Assembly (NCBI GenBank): GCA_963665295.1
Contig: OY762209.1
Location: 3,264,001-3,328,000, forward strand
From: Syntrophorhabdaceae bacterium
GTDB taxonomy: Bacteria > Desulfobacterota > Syntrophorhabdia > Syntrophorhabdales > Syntrophorhabdaceae
Direction of reading: 5' to 3'
DNA: 64,000 nucleotides
Under the pieces are notes generated by a model that worked only from the letters and a program-made list of their open reading frames with translations, did not search any database and was not told where the DNA came from. This document shows, in pieces, positions 27,489 through 38,040 of this stretch; the first letter of the stretch is position 1; the number at the start of each line of letters is the position of its first letter. A program made the translations under genes and the position numbers.

Positions 27489-29750
27489 ATGAAAAGACAA
27501 CACGTTTTCGCATTATTTGTATTCTATTGCTCGTTCCTTGCCTGCGCTCTATTTATTCCTGTCGCTGCCTTTGGAGACGACAAAGTTATACAGGCAGACG
27601 ACACGAAAGATACGACAAAAGCAGACGACAGAAAGAAAGTGACAAAACTGGATGAGATCGTGGTTACGGCCACGAGAACGGAAAAGGTGTTGGACGACGC
27701 CCCTGGCAGCGTTGCGGTGATTACAAAGACGGACATGGAGAAAAGAAACATACAAAACGTCGATGACGCATTGAATACCACCGCCGGGGTATATTATAGC
27801 CGGGGCAAAGATATGCTTGACACGTCACCCCGCATTACGGTGGGAGGCATAACCGGTTATCAAAGAACGCTGGTCCTGATGGACGGAGTTACCATGAACA
27901 ACCCCTATACGGGCAATGTGCTGTGGAACCTGTTTACGCCGCAGAATGTGGAGCGGATAGAAGTGGTGAAGGGGCCGTTTTCCAGTCTCTATGGAGGCTA
28001 TGCCATGGGCGGCGTGGTCAACATTATCAGCAAGATGCCGGAAAAGAGAGAATTCACCGTAAAGAGCGGATATGGGAGCGCCTGGCAACGGGGGGAAGCG
28101 CTCAATGATCTGAGAACCTATTACGCTTCCTATGGCGACAAGATTGAAAAGCTCCGGATGTTTGTCAGTTATGACAACAAATCTACCAACGGATACGTTT
28201 CGGACTTTAACGTTCAGAGCACACAGCCAACGGCAGGCATTTCAGGGTGGTCGTACACAACGGATAGAACGGGAAAGGCCGCCTATCTCATCGGCGACAA
28301 AGGAAGCAACAACATGTGGGCCGACAACGTGACGGCAAAAGTGGGGTACGACTTCACCGACGTGTCAAAAATCAGGCTCTCCTATCAAAGGTCCCGGTAT
28401 GCCTACAGTTATGATACTCCCAATACCTACCTCACTAATGCTGCGGGAACCCCTGTCTTCTCCTACGGGACAGTGAAGGAAGCTTCTTTTGTCACCTCGG
28501 GCGGAGGAGCAACAACACAGGACGTGTACAATATTGCGTATGAGACCGAGTTTTCGACCGTCAACATGAAACTCAATCTCGGCGTTGCCGATACACCAAA
28601 TGATTATTACGTAACGCCGAACAGTTCGACCGCAAAGATTTACGGAGGTCCCGGCACGAATTATTATACGCCGGCCAGGGCTTACAATGCCGACTTGCAA
28701 TTCAGCGTTCCCCTCTTTAAGAGGCACATTCTTACCTTTGGCGGGTCTTTTCGGAGCACCTGGGTAGATCAACAACAGTATGCGCTTTCGAACTGGCAGG
28801 ATGACAGATCGAAAACCGCGCTGTCTTACGAGGCAAAAGGGAAAACCAGGACCTATGCACTATTCTTTCAGGACGAGATAGCGATCCTTCAGAACCTCAC
28901 CGCCTATATCGGCGGAAGACAGGATTTTTTCGAGAGCTATGACGGGTATGTATTCCAGCAAGGCACAAGCGGCTATCCCATAAGTTACGACTCACACCGT
29001 GCCTCTTCGTTTAGCCCGAAGGCGGCTATTGTCTATAAGCCGTTCGAAGGAACAACCGTGAGGGCCTCGGCGGGGAATGCGTTCAGGCCGCCCACGGTCT
29101 ATGAGCTTTACGTGACCACCACGTCCTCCGGCATTACCTATGCGGGAAATCCGAACCTGAAGCCCGAGACTGTCTCCTCATGGGACATCGGGGCGGAGCA
29201 GGCGCTCTGGAAAGGGGCAAAGGCCAAGGTCCGCTATTTTGAGAATTTCATATCCGACATGATTTATACGAGGACCCTCTCCGCCACCTCTCAGGACAAG
29301 GTTAACGCGGGGAGCGCTGAAAGTAAGGGTATAGAAATTGAGATGGAGCAAAAATTCGATAAGTGGCTCAAGCTCTTTTCCAACATCACCTGTACAGACG
29401 CAAAAATATTGAGAAATGCAGCCAATCCTGCCTCGGAAGGGAAGAAAATGATCGCCGTGCCCGACATAATGTTCAACGTGGGCGCAGATGTTGAGAAAGG
29501 ACCCTTGGGCCTCACGGTGATCGGCCGGTATGTGAGCGGCCGGTATAATACGGATAACAACTCCGATGCGGCAACACATGTTCCCGGTGCGTACGACGCC
29601 TATTTTACGGCTGATGCAAAGGTCCGTTACAAGTTTCTCCCCTGGGCGACCGCTTCCTTCTCAGTGAACAACATTTTCAATGAACAATACTACGCGTATT
29701 ACCTGATGCCGGGAAGATCATGGTTTGCTGACTTGACCCTGAATTTTTGA
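27489..29750 (+). CDS. TonB-dependent receptor (B12-riboswitch controlled)
   Basis: TonB box DEIVVTATR; RIEVVKGPFSSLYGG.AMGGVVNII; NPNLKPE; terminal F. Confidence 0.95.
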   Translation: MKRQHVFALFVFYCSFLACALFIPVAAFGDDKVIQADDTKDTTKADDRKKVTKLDEIVVTATRTEKVLDDAPGSVAVITKTDMEKRNIQNVDDALNTTAGVYYSRGKDMLDTSPRITVGGITGYQRTLVLMDGVTMNNPYTGNVLWNLFTPQNVERIEVVKGPFSSLYGGYAMGGVVNIISKMPEKREFTVKSGYGSAWQRGEALNDLRTYYASYGDKIEKLRMFVSYDNKSTNGYVSDFNVQSTQPTAGISGWSYTTDRTGKAAYLIGDKGSNNMWADNVTAKVGYDFTDVSKIRLSYQRSRYAYSYDTPNTYLTNAAGTPVFSYGTVKEASFVTSGGGATTQDVYNIAYETEFSTVNMKLNLGVADTPNDYYVTPNSSTAKIYGGPGTNYYTPARAYNADLQFSVPLFKRHILTFGGSFRSTWVDQQQYALSNWQDDRSKTALSYEAKGKTRTYALFFQDEIAILQNLTAYIGGRQDFFESYDGYVFQQGTSGYPISYDSHRASSFSPKAAIVYKPFEGTTVRASAGNAFRPPTVYELYVTTTSSGITYAGNPNLKPETVSSWDIGAEQALWKGAKAKVRYFENFISDMIYTRTLSATSQDKVNAGSAESKGIEIEMEQKFDKWLKLFSNITCTDAKILRNAANPASEGKKMIAVPDIMFNVGADVEKGPLGLTVIGRYVSGRYNTDNNSDAATHVPGAYDAYFTADAKVRYKFLPWATASFSVNNIFNEQYYAYYLMPGRSWFADLTLNF

Positions 29751-29770
29751 ATGGCACCGGAGGTGATTGG

Positions 29771-30499
29771 ATGGATCTGAATATCTTATTATGGATGGGC
29801 GGCATGCTCTTCAGTCTCAGCATATTTGCCGTTAAAGTGGGCTTGGGTCTCAGTTACGGGGAGGTAAAGAGAAAAGGGGCGTGCGTTACCCTTGGGGGGT
29901 ATATTGCGCTATTTGTGGGCGTAGCACTTTTGTCGCAAACCCTGATGCGTGTTCTTGAACCTCTTCTGAGAAAAGGTCCTTACCTCCATATCCTCATCGC
30001 CACAGGCATGATTGCATGGGGTCTCATTACTATCGGGCGACTGGGCCATGAAGGCCGGACGACCCCGCAAGCCGGGTGTTGCGATGTCGCCCCCGTATCT
30101 TCACTCCTGCTTATCGTACCCTGCCCTGTCTGTATCGCTGCCATGACATTTTCTACATGGTCTGCCCTCAATGCTGTCAAACTACCGGCAGCCCTGGTCG
30201 GATTGGGACTGGGGCTTGCCTTTGCTGCAATGACGCTCGTGGTTATGGCCTTAGCAGGATTGAGGCGGTCGGAACACCCGGAAACGGCTCTTGGTCTCAC
30301 CATGATTACGGTGGGCCTCTATTTTATCGCATCCCTTTACCTTCCCGCGAAAATAGCCGAGGCAAAAGGGATGTACGCGTCGCTCGCCACGGAAAGCAAT
30401 GGAGTAAGCACGTATCATGGCGTGGCAATCGGGGCTATTCTGCTGGCCCTCATGGGCGTCGGTTTTTTTGCAGGCAAACGCCGGGAGGTAAAACAATGA
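29771..30499 (+). CDS. DUF2162-family membrane protein (HmuT-like)
   Basis: Multi-TM; FAVKVGLG; PCPVC motif. Confidence 0.8.
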   Translation: MDLNILLWMGGMLFSLSIFAVKVGLGLSYGEVKRKGACVTLGGYIALFVGVALLSQTLMRVLEPLLRKGPYLHILIATGMIAWGLITIGRLGHEGRTTPQAGCCDVAPVSSLLLIVPCPVCIAAMTFSTWSALNAVKLPAALVGLGLGLAFAAMTLVVMALAGLRRSEHPETALGLTMITVGLYFIASLYLPAKIAEAKGMYASLATESNGVSTYHGVAIGAILLALMGVGFFAGKRREVKQ

Positions 30500-31092
30500 A
30501 TATTTTTGCCGGACTCGAAACCCTTCTCTACATCATATCTTCGGCCCTCTTATTCCCCGTCGTGGCGGCTCTCACGCTGCTCACGTTCTGGGTCGTTATC
30601 TTCTTCGGGACCTTTCTTCGGGAATACCTGGAGAGGAAACAAGGACGGTCACAGGTCCTGACCCGATACAGGGGAGCCATCAGCGAGGAACTGAATGCAC
30701 CGGGAGGCGCAGTCACCATGGACATACGGCTCGAAAGGCTCCTGCAGGAGGCCGAACTGGGGCTTATCAAATCGCTCGACAGGATACGGTTTGTGATACG
30801 GGTGGGTCCTGCGCTCGGGCTCATGGGGACCCTGATTCCCATGGGCATCTCCCTTTCCTCTCTTGCCCAGGGAGACCTGCCTAAAATGGCGGGCAGCATG
30901 GTGACTGCCTTCACCACCGTTATTGTCGGCCTGGCGTGCAGCATCGCCGCCTACCTTATGTCCCTGGTAAAAGAAAAATGGGTACGGGCCGATATGCGGG
31001 AGATGGAGTACATGACGGAACTCATGGCGCGCGATAAGACACCGCAAGGCCGCGCTGCCGGCAGGGAGGACATGGACCATGCGCTTTGTTAA
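30496..31092 (+). CDS. MotA/TolQ/ExbB proton-channel family protein (HmuU-like)
   Basis: RVGPALGLMGTLIPMG; AFTTVIVGL. Confidence 0.9.
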   Translation: MNIFAGLETLLYIISSALLFPVVAALTLLTFWVVIFFGTFLREYLERKQGRSQVLTRYRGAISEELNAPGGAVTMDIRLERLLQEAELGLIKSLDRIRFVIRVGPALGLMGTLIPMGISLSSLAQGDLPKMAGSMVTAFTTVIVGLACSIAAYLMSLVKEKWVRADMREMEYMTELMARDKTPQGRAAGREDMDHALC

Positions 31093-31417
31093 ACGAAGGA
31101 GGCGATTCGACAAATACGATGAGCCTCTGGAAGACCCTATATCAGGTGTGGCGAATCTTTTTGATGCAAGCATCGTTTTTATCGTCAGCATGATGGTGGC
31201 CCTCTTCATGGCCTACAACATGATCGATCTCCTGGACCCCAAATCGGAAGTGACCATTACCAAAAAGACCGCCGATGGCAGGGTTGAGATCATCACCAAA
31301 AAGGGCAAAGAGATAAAGGCTCGGAAGGTCACGGACAAGAATCTCTCCGGTGAAGGCAAACGGCTCGGAACAGCATACCAGCTAAAAGACGGGAGGATGA
31401 TCTATGTGCCTGAATAG
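31079..31417 (+). CDS. DUF2149 family protein (HmuV-like)
   Basis: DPISGVANLFD; G.G.RLGTAYQL.DG.MIYVPE. Confidence 0.9.
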   Translation: MRFVKRRRRFDKYDEPLEDPISGVANLFDASIVFIVSMMVALFMAYNMIDLLDPKSEVTITKKTADGRVEIITKKGKEIKARKVTDKNLSGEGKRLGTAYQLKDGRMIYVPE

Positions 31418-34400
31418 GGCCTGGTTTCGCTATTCGAAGCTCACGTGGGCGGCAGTCTCCTCGTGCATCACGATATCCTTCTTTTTGTTTGCCCTTTCCG
31501 CACAAGCTGCGCCATTTAAAATAACCCTGTTTCCGGGCGACACCCATACCGTCACCTCTCTCGCGGCTGCCAAGTCTTTGAAAGAAGAGATGGACCGTCA
31601 AGGAATAAGGGCGATTTCCGGGCAGAAATATGATGGGATTTCCATTCATGCCTATCCCACCCAGGGTATTCAAAAAAGAGACCTTCAGCACCTCCGGGAA
31701 TCACGACTTGCCTTCATTCGCGTGGGAGAGCGGCAAGTTGTCGAGACGGTCAAATCGGAAATAGCCGGGATTATTGAGCGCGGCGGCAAAGTCTATGCGC
31801 TGGGAGGGGAATATACCGCGGAGCATCAGCAGATGGGTATCATTCAGGACGAAAAGATAAATGCCTATTTTCGGACAAGGACCCCGGAGAACCTCAAGAA
31901 TATGATCCTCTATGCCCTGAATAGAGAGTTTGCTTTCCAGATGTCTTACGGTGGACCCGTCGATCTTCCGGACTTCGGAATATACGAGCCCACGACCGGC
32001 CGGGTCTTTCAGACGTATGAGGACTATAAGGAAGTCTACCGCCCGAAGACGAAGGACTATGGCCAAGAGGAGAGGCCGTGGATAGGAGTACTCTTCTACA
32101 GGACCAGCGTCGAATCAGGACAGGTGAAACCCGTGGATGCCGTCATAAGAAGCCTTGAAGGGCAAGGTTATAACGTCCTGCCGGTCTTCGGCCACCCCAC
32201 CGAGGCTGTTCTGGAAAAACTGTTTCTTTCGCCCTCCCAACCAAGGGTCCGGTTGATCGTGGCCCTGGGCGCCAAAATGGCGCAGAATCCGGACCTCGTA
32301 ATCCCGCTCTTAAGCCGCTTGAACATTCCGGTAATCAATGCGATTGCCGTTTCCGGCAAGACGGGGGAGGAATGGCGCCGGTCCGCCGTTGGTCTCGACA
32401 TTTTCGAAAGAGGCTGGCAGATCGCCGGTCCCGAGATGGCTGGGATCATAGAGCCCACAGTCGTGGCATCGAAAGAAAAACGGACCGATCCCGATACGGG
32501 CCTTGATTATGTAGAATATTTTCCAATCCCGGAAAGGGTTCAAGCCCTCACCGACAGGGTCAAGGCCTGGATAAATCTCCAGGATAAATCTAACCTGGAC
32601 AAGAAGGTGGCCCTCATTTATTATAATTACCCGCCGGGGAAACAGAACATTGGGGCTGCGTACCTCAATGTGCTGCCCGAAAGCCTCCATGAAATACTGA
32701 AGAGGCTGAAGACCGAAGGATATGGTACAACGGACCAGGAGATAGGCAAGGAAAGGCTCTTCAGCGATATCCATAATTATGCAAGAAACATCGGTAATTG
32801 GGCGCCCGGCGAACTTGACCGGATCGTCAAGAATGGAAAGCCCGTTCTTGTCCCGCTCGACACCTATAAGAAATGGTTTGCCGACCTGCCGGAGGCATTC
32901 AGGAGCGCCGTCCTGAAAAGCTGGGGTCCTGTTGAACAAAGCAAGATCATGGTATGGCGGGACAAAAAGGGAAGAAGGTATCTGGTCATCCCTGCCGTAC
33001 GGTACGGCAATATCCTCTTCACGCCGCAGCCGTCACGGGGGTGGGAACAGGATGAACAGAAGCTTTACCACGATGTATTGCTCCCTCCGCACCACCAGTA
33101 TGTGGCCTTTTATCTATGGCTGAAAAACGTTTTCAAGGCCGACGCCGTAGCCCATGTGGGGACCCACGGCACGCATGAGTGGCTGCCCGGCAAGGAAGTG
33201 GGCTTCACCGAAGAGGACCCGCCCGAGGTCTTGATAGGGGCACTGCCCAATATCTATCCCTATAACGTGGATAATGTGGCCGAGGGGTTGCAAGCCAAGA
33301 GACGGGGCATGGCTGTGGTCATAGGCCACATGACACCTCCTTTTGATAAAGCCGGGTTAAACCTGGAAATGAAAAACCTCAACTCCCTTGTGAATGATTA
33401 CCGGGTTGCACGGGACAAGAATCCGCCCCTTGCGGCAACTAAACTGGAAGAGATCAATGACCTGGCCAAAAAAATAGGAATAATCAAAGATCTCGGCATC
33501 AACGCCATTACCGCCCGGGACATTGAAAAACTGGACGATTATATAAGCGATATTTCGGAAAAGCACGCGCCTTTCGGCCTCCATACCTTCGGGAGGTCCC
33601 CGGATGAAAAATATCTCAGAAGCACCGCGGAAGCGATTCTCTCCCTTGAAACAGGGCTCGAAAAGGAAGAGCGGGAAAAACGGATCGGCGAATTGGAAGA
33701 GAGGATGATGAAAAGCGGGCAGCGGGAGCTTGACTCCTTCATCGCAGCTCTCTCCGGCAAATATGTCCCTGCCGGTCTCGGCGGGGACCCCATCCGGAAC
33801 CCCGATTCATTGCCCACGGGGAGTAATTTCTATGCCTTCGACCCCACGATGATACCCGGAAAAACAGCGTATGAAACGGGCGCACGGCTTGCAAAGGATT
33901 TGATCGAAGGGTACAGGGGGAGGCACGGTATCTATCCGGACAGGCTGACATTTAATCTCTGGGCGGAAGAGACCATCCGCCATGAGGGCGTCATGGAATC
34001 TCAGATCATGTATCTCATGGGGGTAAGGCCGAAATGGGATGAGCGGGGAAGACCGATAGGGGTCGAAGCGATTCCGAGGGAGGAGCTTGGAAGGCAGCGG
34101 ATCGATGTCACCATTGTGCCGTCAGGTCTTTACCGGGATATATTTTCCAATCTCATGGCTCTCCTTGACAGCACGGTCAGCGTTGCGCGGGAGCAACAGG
34201 AAGAGGACAATATTATCAGGACCAATGTGAAGCGGACGAAACAAATGCTGATGGGGAAAGGCATTGCAGAGAATAAGGCCGAAAGGCTGGCCTCTGTGAG
34301 GATATTCACCGTGCCGTCCGGCGCATATGGAACTAATCTCGCGAATGTGATCCCAAAATCGAATACATGGGATAATGAGCAGAAGGTGGCCGATGTCTAC

Positions 34401-35408
34401 TTCATGAGGATGAGCCATATGTATGGACAGGGTTTTTGGGGAGCCAAGGAAGAGCAGGGGAAGGAAGACGTAAGCCGCACGCTTTTGAAGAATGCCCTTT
34501 CAGGCACGAAGGTGGCTATTCACAGCCGTTCGACCAATCTCTATGCGACCTTGGACAACAACGACTTTTTCCAGTATCTCGGCGGCGCCGCTATGGCGAT
34601 CCGCGCCGTTGATGGGAAAACACCGGAGGTCTATGTCACGAACATGGCCAACCCGAAGACGCCGAAACAGGAAACGCTTGAAAAAGTGATGGGCCAGGAG
34701 ATGCGCACCCGTTATCTCAACCCCGAATGGATAAAGGCAATGATGAAGAACGGGTATGCCGGTGCGCGGTTCATCGATAAAACGGTGGAGTATCTCTGGG
34801 GGTGGCAGGTCACCGTACCGGAGGCGGTTGACGGGGCCAAATGGAATGAAATGTATGAGACCTATGTTCTGGACAGGAACGGACTTGACATCAAGGGGAT
34901 GTTCGGGCGGGCCGGGAATATGCACGCCTACCAATCTCTTACAGCGAGAATGCTTGAGACCGCGAGAAAAGGGTACTGGAAGCCGGATAAAGAAGTTATC
35001 GATACGCTGGCAAAGGAATATGCTCAAAGCGCCAATGAAGTGGGGCTTGCCTGTTGCGACCATACCTGTAACAACCCTCAGCTTACTGCTTTTGCTGCAA
35101 AGACCCTGGTGTCCGTTCCGGGCATGAGCGGCATCACCAAGGGTTTTATGAAGGCCCTCGATTCAGTAAAAAATCCCCAAGGACAAAAGGGCAGACAGCC
35201 CGAACAGAGAGGCGCAAGCGGTCCGGCCTCCAGTGTTCTGGAACGAGGCCCTGCCGGTAAGGGTAAAACCGTGACGGGTTATGAAATGGAGGAGGTGGGC
35301 ATGTCGGGAGGGGCTTCATCGGCTCCCATACCATATTTGTTCCTTATCGGCTTTATCGTGTTCATTGGCCTTATCGCAGTAGGCTTCAGGAGACGATCTG
35401 GACAATAG
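31404..35408 (+). CDS. CobN/magnesium-chelatase-H family protein with signal peptide and C-terminal membrane anchor (HmuS-like)
   Basis: YYNYPPGK, HVGTHGTHEWLPGK, LPTGSNFY, RIDVT, GAYGT, NPEWIKAM, GWQVT; 1334 aa. Confidence 0.92.
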   Translation: MCLNRAWFRYSKLTWAAVSSCITISFFLFALSAQAAPFKITLFPGDTHTVTSLAAAKSLKEEMDRQGIRAISGQKYDGISIHAYPTQGIQKRDLQHLRESRLAFIRVGERQVVETVKSEIAGIIERGGKVYALGGEYTAEHQQMGIIQDEKINAYFRTRTPENLKNMILYALNREFAFQMSYGGPVDLPDFGIYEPTTGRVFQTYEDYKEVYRPKTKDYGQEERPWIGVLFYRTSVESGQVKPVDAVIRSLEGQGYNVLPVFGHPTEAVLEKLFLSPSQPRVRLIVALGAKMAQNPDLVIPLLSRLNIPVINAIAVSGKTGEEWRRSAVGLDIFERGWQIAGPEMAGIIEPTVVASKEKRTDPDTGLDYVEYFPIPERVQALTDRVKAWINLQDKSNLDKKVALIYYNYPPGKQNIGAAYLNVLPESLHEILKRLKTEGYGTTDQEIGKERLFSDIHNYARNIGNWAPGELDRIVKNGKPVLVPLDTYKKWFADLPEAFRSAVLKSWGPVEQSKIMVWRDKKGRRYLVIPAVRYGNILFTPQPSRGWEQDEQKLYHDVLLPPHHQYVAFYLWLKNVFKADAVAHVGTHGTHEWLPGKEVGFTEEDPPEVLIGALPNIYPYNVDNVAEGLQAKRRGMAVVIGHMTPPFDKAGLNLEMKNLNSLVNDYRVARDKNPPLAATKLEEINDLAKKIGIIKDLGINAITARDIEKLDDYISDISEKHAPFGLHTFGRSPDEKYLRSTAEAILSLETGLEKEEREKRIGELEERMMKSGQRELDSFIAALSGKYVPAGLGGDPIRNPDSLPTGSNFYAFDPTMIPGKTAYETGARLAKDLIEGYRGRHGIYPDRLTFNLWAEETIRHEGVMESQIMYLMGVRPKWDERGRPIGVEAIPREELGRQRIDVTIVPSGLYRDIFSNLMALLDSTVSVAREQQEEDNIIRTNVKRTKQMLMGKGIAENKAERLASVRIFTVPSGAYGTNLANVIPKSNTWDNEQKVADVYFMRMSHMYGQGFWGAKEEQGKEDVSRTLLKNALSGTKVAIHSRSTNLYATLDNNDFFQYLGGAAMAIRAVDGKTPEVYVTNMANPKTPKQETLEKVMGQEMRTRYLNPEWIKAMMKNGYAGARFIDKTVEYLWGWQVTVPEAVDGAKWNEMYETYVLDRNGLDIKGMFGRAGNMHAYQSLTARMLETARKGYWKPDKEVIDTLAKEYAQSANEVGLACCDHTCNNPQLTAFAAKTLVSVPGMSGITKGFMKALDSVKNPQGQKGRQPEQRGASGPASSVLERGPAGKGKTVTGYEMEEVGMSGGASSAPIPYLFLIGFIVFIGLIAVGFRRRSGQ

Positions 35409-35623
35409 GGGATTGAAAGCCGACTGGACACAACTTTCTTTCTACCTACAAATCTGTCGCCTCACCGCTCACCCGGTTTCCGTATTTTCCACGTGGGATA
35501 AATTCTGTGGATCGGAAATAAAGTTGTTAAACAATCACCGCTTTGGGTCGGTTCCTTCGATTGGCGCGTGATATGGAATCATAATTTTGGAATAGTGGAA
35601 GTGGCTCACCGAATTATAGCGCC

Positions 35624-35809
35624 CTATTTTTCAAGGAGGATGTTCCCCCCGACAAAATTTATACTTCTTATGTTTGCCTCTATCGTTTCGGTCTCCTGCA
35701 AAAGGGTGGTGAGAGTAATAGTTTTCCCCGATATCTCCAGATAAGCTATATCCTTTAACAGGATCTCATTCCCATCGTCTTTTTTTAGATATGCCTTTGC
35801 CAAGCACAT
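35624..35809 (-). CDS. CooT-family small nickel-binding protein
   Basis: N-terminal MC; 61 aa; MCL..AY...E..L.D...L pattern. Confidence 0.8.
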   Translation of the reverse strand: MCLAKAYLKKDDGNEILLKDIAYLEISGKTITLTTLLQETETIEANIRSINFVGGNILLEK

Positions 35810-35812
35810 ATT

Positions 35813-36028
35813 TTACCTCCCCTTTCCCCTCAATATGCTGAGGGCATGTTCCAGGCTTTCGTTCGACCGCTTCATATATTCAACCCCTTTTGCCAGGTCA
35901 TCGCACATCACGGCCTCTCCAAGGCCCTTTGCTTTCTCTACCAGAACAGTAATCTCCTCCGCATGGTCTCTGTTATGCTGAATCAGGTAATCCAGAAATA
36001 CATCTAATTTTCTTAATTCTTCATCCAT
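35813..36028 (-). CDS. Small helical hypothetical protein with HNxxH motif
   Basis: LIQHNRDHAEE; coupled to the CooT-like gene. Confidence 0.7.
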   Translation of the reverse strand: MDEELRKLDVFLDYLIQHNRDHAEEITVLVEKAKGLGEAVMCDDLAKGVEYMKRSNESLEHALSILRGKGR

Positions 36029-36273
36029 ATGTTCTTATCTCCCCATTCTTCTTTTTGCTTCAACTGCGCTTTACTGAACATAATACGGGTGGCCGTCATT
36101 ATCTGGCCTTCACATCTTACTGCACCGGCAACTAAATACAGCAATGTATAGTCTACGCTTTTCTTGAAGGAATACGTAGCGAGTTTTTCGCCAAACTCTA
36201 TTTTCGCGCCGACCGGCGATTTACCGAGCTGATATCCTGAGACTATCTCTGTCGTTGTGGCATCCTACGCGGA

Positions 36274-36912
36274 CTATTTCCTTGCAATGATGCAGTAGAA
36301 ACCAGGTTCATCGATAAAAATGGCGATGCCAAGGCTCGCCGTGTTGAGCAAAGAGCGCATGGCAGTCTCGTCGGGTAGATGGTCGTGCATGACGGCATGG
36401 CATGATCCGTGGTGTTTGTTTATGCCTTCCGACGAGTCGAAATGCGCCACTGCAAAAACCCCGCCCGGCTTGAGGATACGCGAAAGTGTCGCCACGGCCT
36501 TTCCCTTGTCCTGAAAGTGTGGAAAGCAAGAGAAGCAGATCAGCAGATCGCAAGAGGCGTCATCGAGCGGCGCGTCCTCCGCGTCCGAAACGATGAATCG
36601 AATGTTGTCTTCTCCATGGAGGCGCCGATTGGCCTCTATCATCTTATCCGCGAAATCAAGTTCGTAGAGCGTACCGGTTGCGGCTATGCGGTCCAGAATA
36701 GGCGGGACCAGTACCCCCGTTCCACACCCCACGTCCAGTACGTGGTCTCCCAGCTTGAGAGGCAGGAGCGAAAAGAGCCGCTCAAAATCCTTCACATGTT
36801 TATCGTGACGCCCGGTAGCCGGGTCTTTGTACCACATATCGCGCCAGCTTTCGGCGTGGTCGTTGAAGAACGTCTTCCGTGTCTTATAGATCTCATCGGG
36901 TGTCATTTTCAT
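36274..36912 (-). CDS. Class I SAM-dependent methyltransferase
   Basis: VLDVGCGTG; CFPHF; RILKPGG. Confidence 0.9.
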   Translation of the reverse strand: MKMTPDEIYKTRKTFFNDHAESWRDMWYKDPATGRHDKHVKDFERLFSLLPLKLGDHVLDVGCGTGVLVPPILDRIAATGTLYELDFADKMIEANRRLHGEDNIRFIVSDAEDAPLDDASCDLLICFSCFPHFQDKGKAVATLSRILKPGGVFAVAHFDSSEGINKHHGSCHAVMHDHLPDETAMRSLLNTASLGIAIFIDEPGFYCIIARK

Positions 36913-37756
36913 AAAATATGCTCCTTTTCGTGATTCTTGCCGCATGGCGTTTGGGCGAAAAGATGTAAGAGACCGTAAAGATGGCTGTCGCCATGAGAAC
37001 CACCGACGCGCCGGACGGAAGATCAAAGATATACGATACTATGAGACCGGAGACGCAGGCCCCGATCCCCGAAGCCGCAGAAATGAGAAAAAAATGTTTC
37101 AAATTGTACGTCAGTTGGAGCGCCGTGGCCCCCGGCTGCACAAGAAGGGCGAAGATAAGAAGACCACCGACCGTCGCGAGGTTGGAAGAGACCACGGCCC
37201 CGGTAAGAAAGAGAAGGGCATAATAGATAAACCGCTCAGGGACGCCACTTGCCCCGGCAAGCCGCCTGTTGAACATCACGGAACGGATCTCCTTGAAGAA
37301 CATTACTACAAAAAGTACGAGAACCGATGCGACGACAGTGAGCACCGTGATGTCCGCTCCGGTGAGGCTGAGCAGGCTTCCCCACATGAGGTTCAAGGCC
37401 CCGGCCTTTGTCCTTGTGAGGATTCCCATTCCGAGGAAGGCAAGTCCCATGAGAAAGGAGAATATGATTCCGAGCACGTTCTCCGGCGCCATATCCGTAC
37501 GATCCGAAAGGGGGCCTATCAGTCCCGCCACCGCAAGGCACAAGACAAACCCGCTGAGAAACGGATTGACGCCAATGAGCATGCCCAGCACGGCGCCCGC
37601 GAGGGCAGCGTGGGACATGGCGACCCCTATGAGCGGCATCTTCATGAGAACGATAAACACGGAGAGCACGGAGCAGCTCACTCCGCAGAGTACGCAGGCA
37701 AGAGAGGCGCGCTGGATGGGAGGGTATCCCATGACATCTGCCAGATGTTCAACCAT
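36893..37756 (-). CDS. Metal ABC transporter permease (ZnuB/MntB-like)
   Basis: MSHAALAG; VGGLLIFALLV.P; DLPSGA. Confidence 0.9.
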   Translation of the reverse strand: MVEHLADVMGYPPIQRASLACVLCGVSCSVLSVFIVLMKMPLIGVAMSHAALAGAVLGMLIGVNPFLSGFVLCLAVAGLIGPLSDRTDMAPENVLGIIFSFLMGLAFLGMGILTRTKAGALNLMWGSLLSLTGADITVLTVVASVLVLFVVMFFKEIRSVMFNRRLAGASGVPERFIYYALLFLTGAVVSSNLATVGGLLIFALLVQPGATALQLTYNLKHFFLISAASGIGACVSGLIVSYIFDLPSGASVVLMATAIFTVSYIFSPKRHAARITKRSIFYENDTR

Positions 37757-38022
37757 AGGAAACAAACCTCCTCCCTTTTCGCTCAAAAGTCTCAAGAGGG
37801 TACTGAAAGAGCCTGCTTAGCGTCTCGCCCGACAATGCCTCGCTTGTGTCACCATCGAAAACGATCTTCCCGTGATTCACGAGTACGGCGCGCCGCATCG
37901 CGGTGGGGAGCATCGTGAAATCGTGGGTGACAAAAAGCAAGGTCAGAACTTCACGCTCATGAATTTCGTTTATGAGGTTCAAGGCTTCTCTCTGGACGGC
38001 GATATCGAGGCCCGCCGTCGCG
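37749..38022 (-). pseudogene. Metal ABC ATPase (ZnuC-like), 3' fragment only
   Basis: Begins at the D-loop TAGLD, has VTHD; Walker A/B absent. Confidence 0.85.
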
Positions 38023-38040
38023 GCATTTGTGAGGGTCGTT

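Noticed and set aside
36030..36270. Possible gene remnant between methyltransferase and HNxxH gene
   Set aside because: An open stretch exists on the minus strand but has no clear start or recognisable family.
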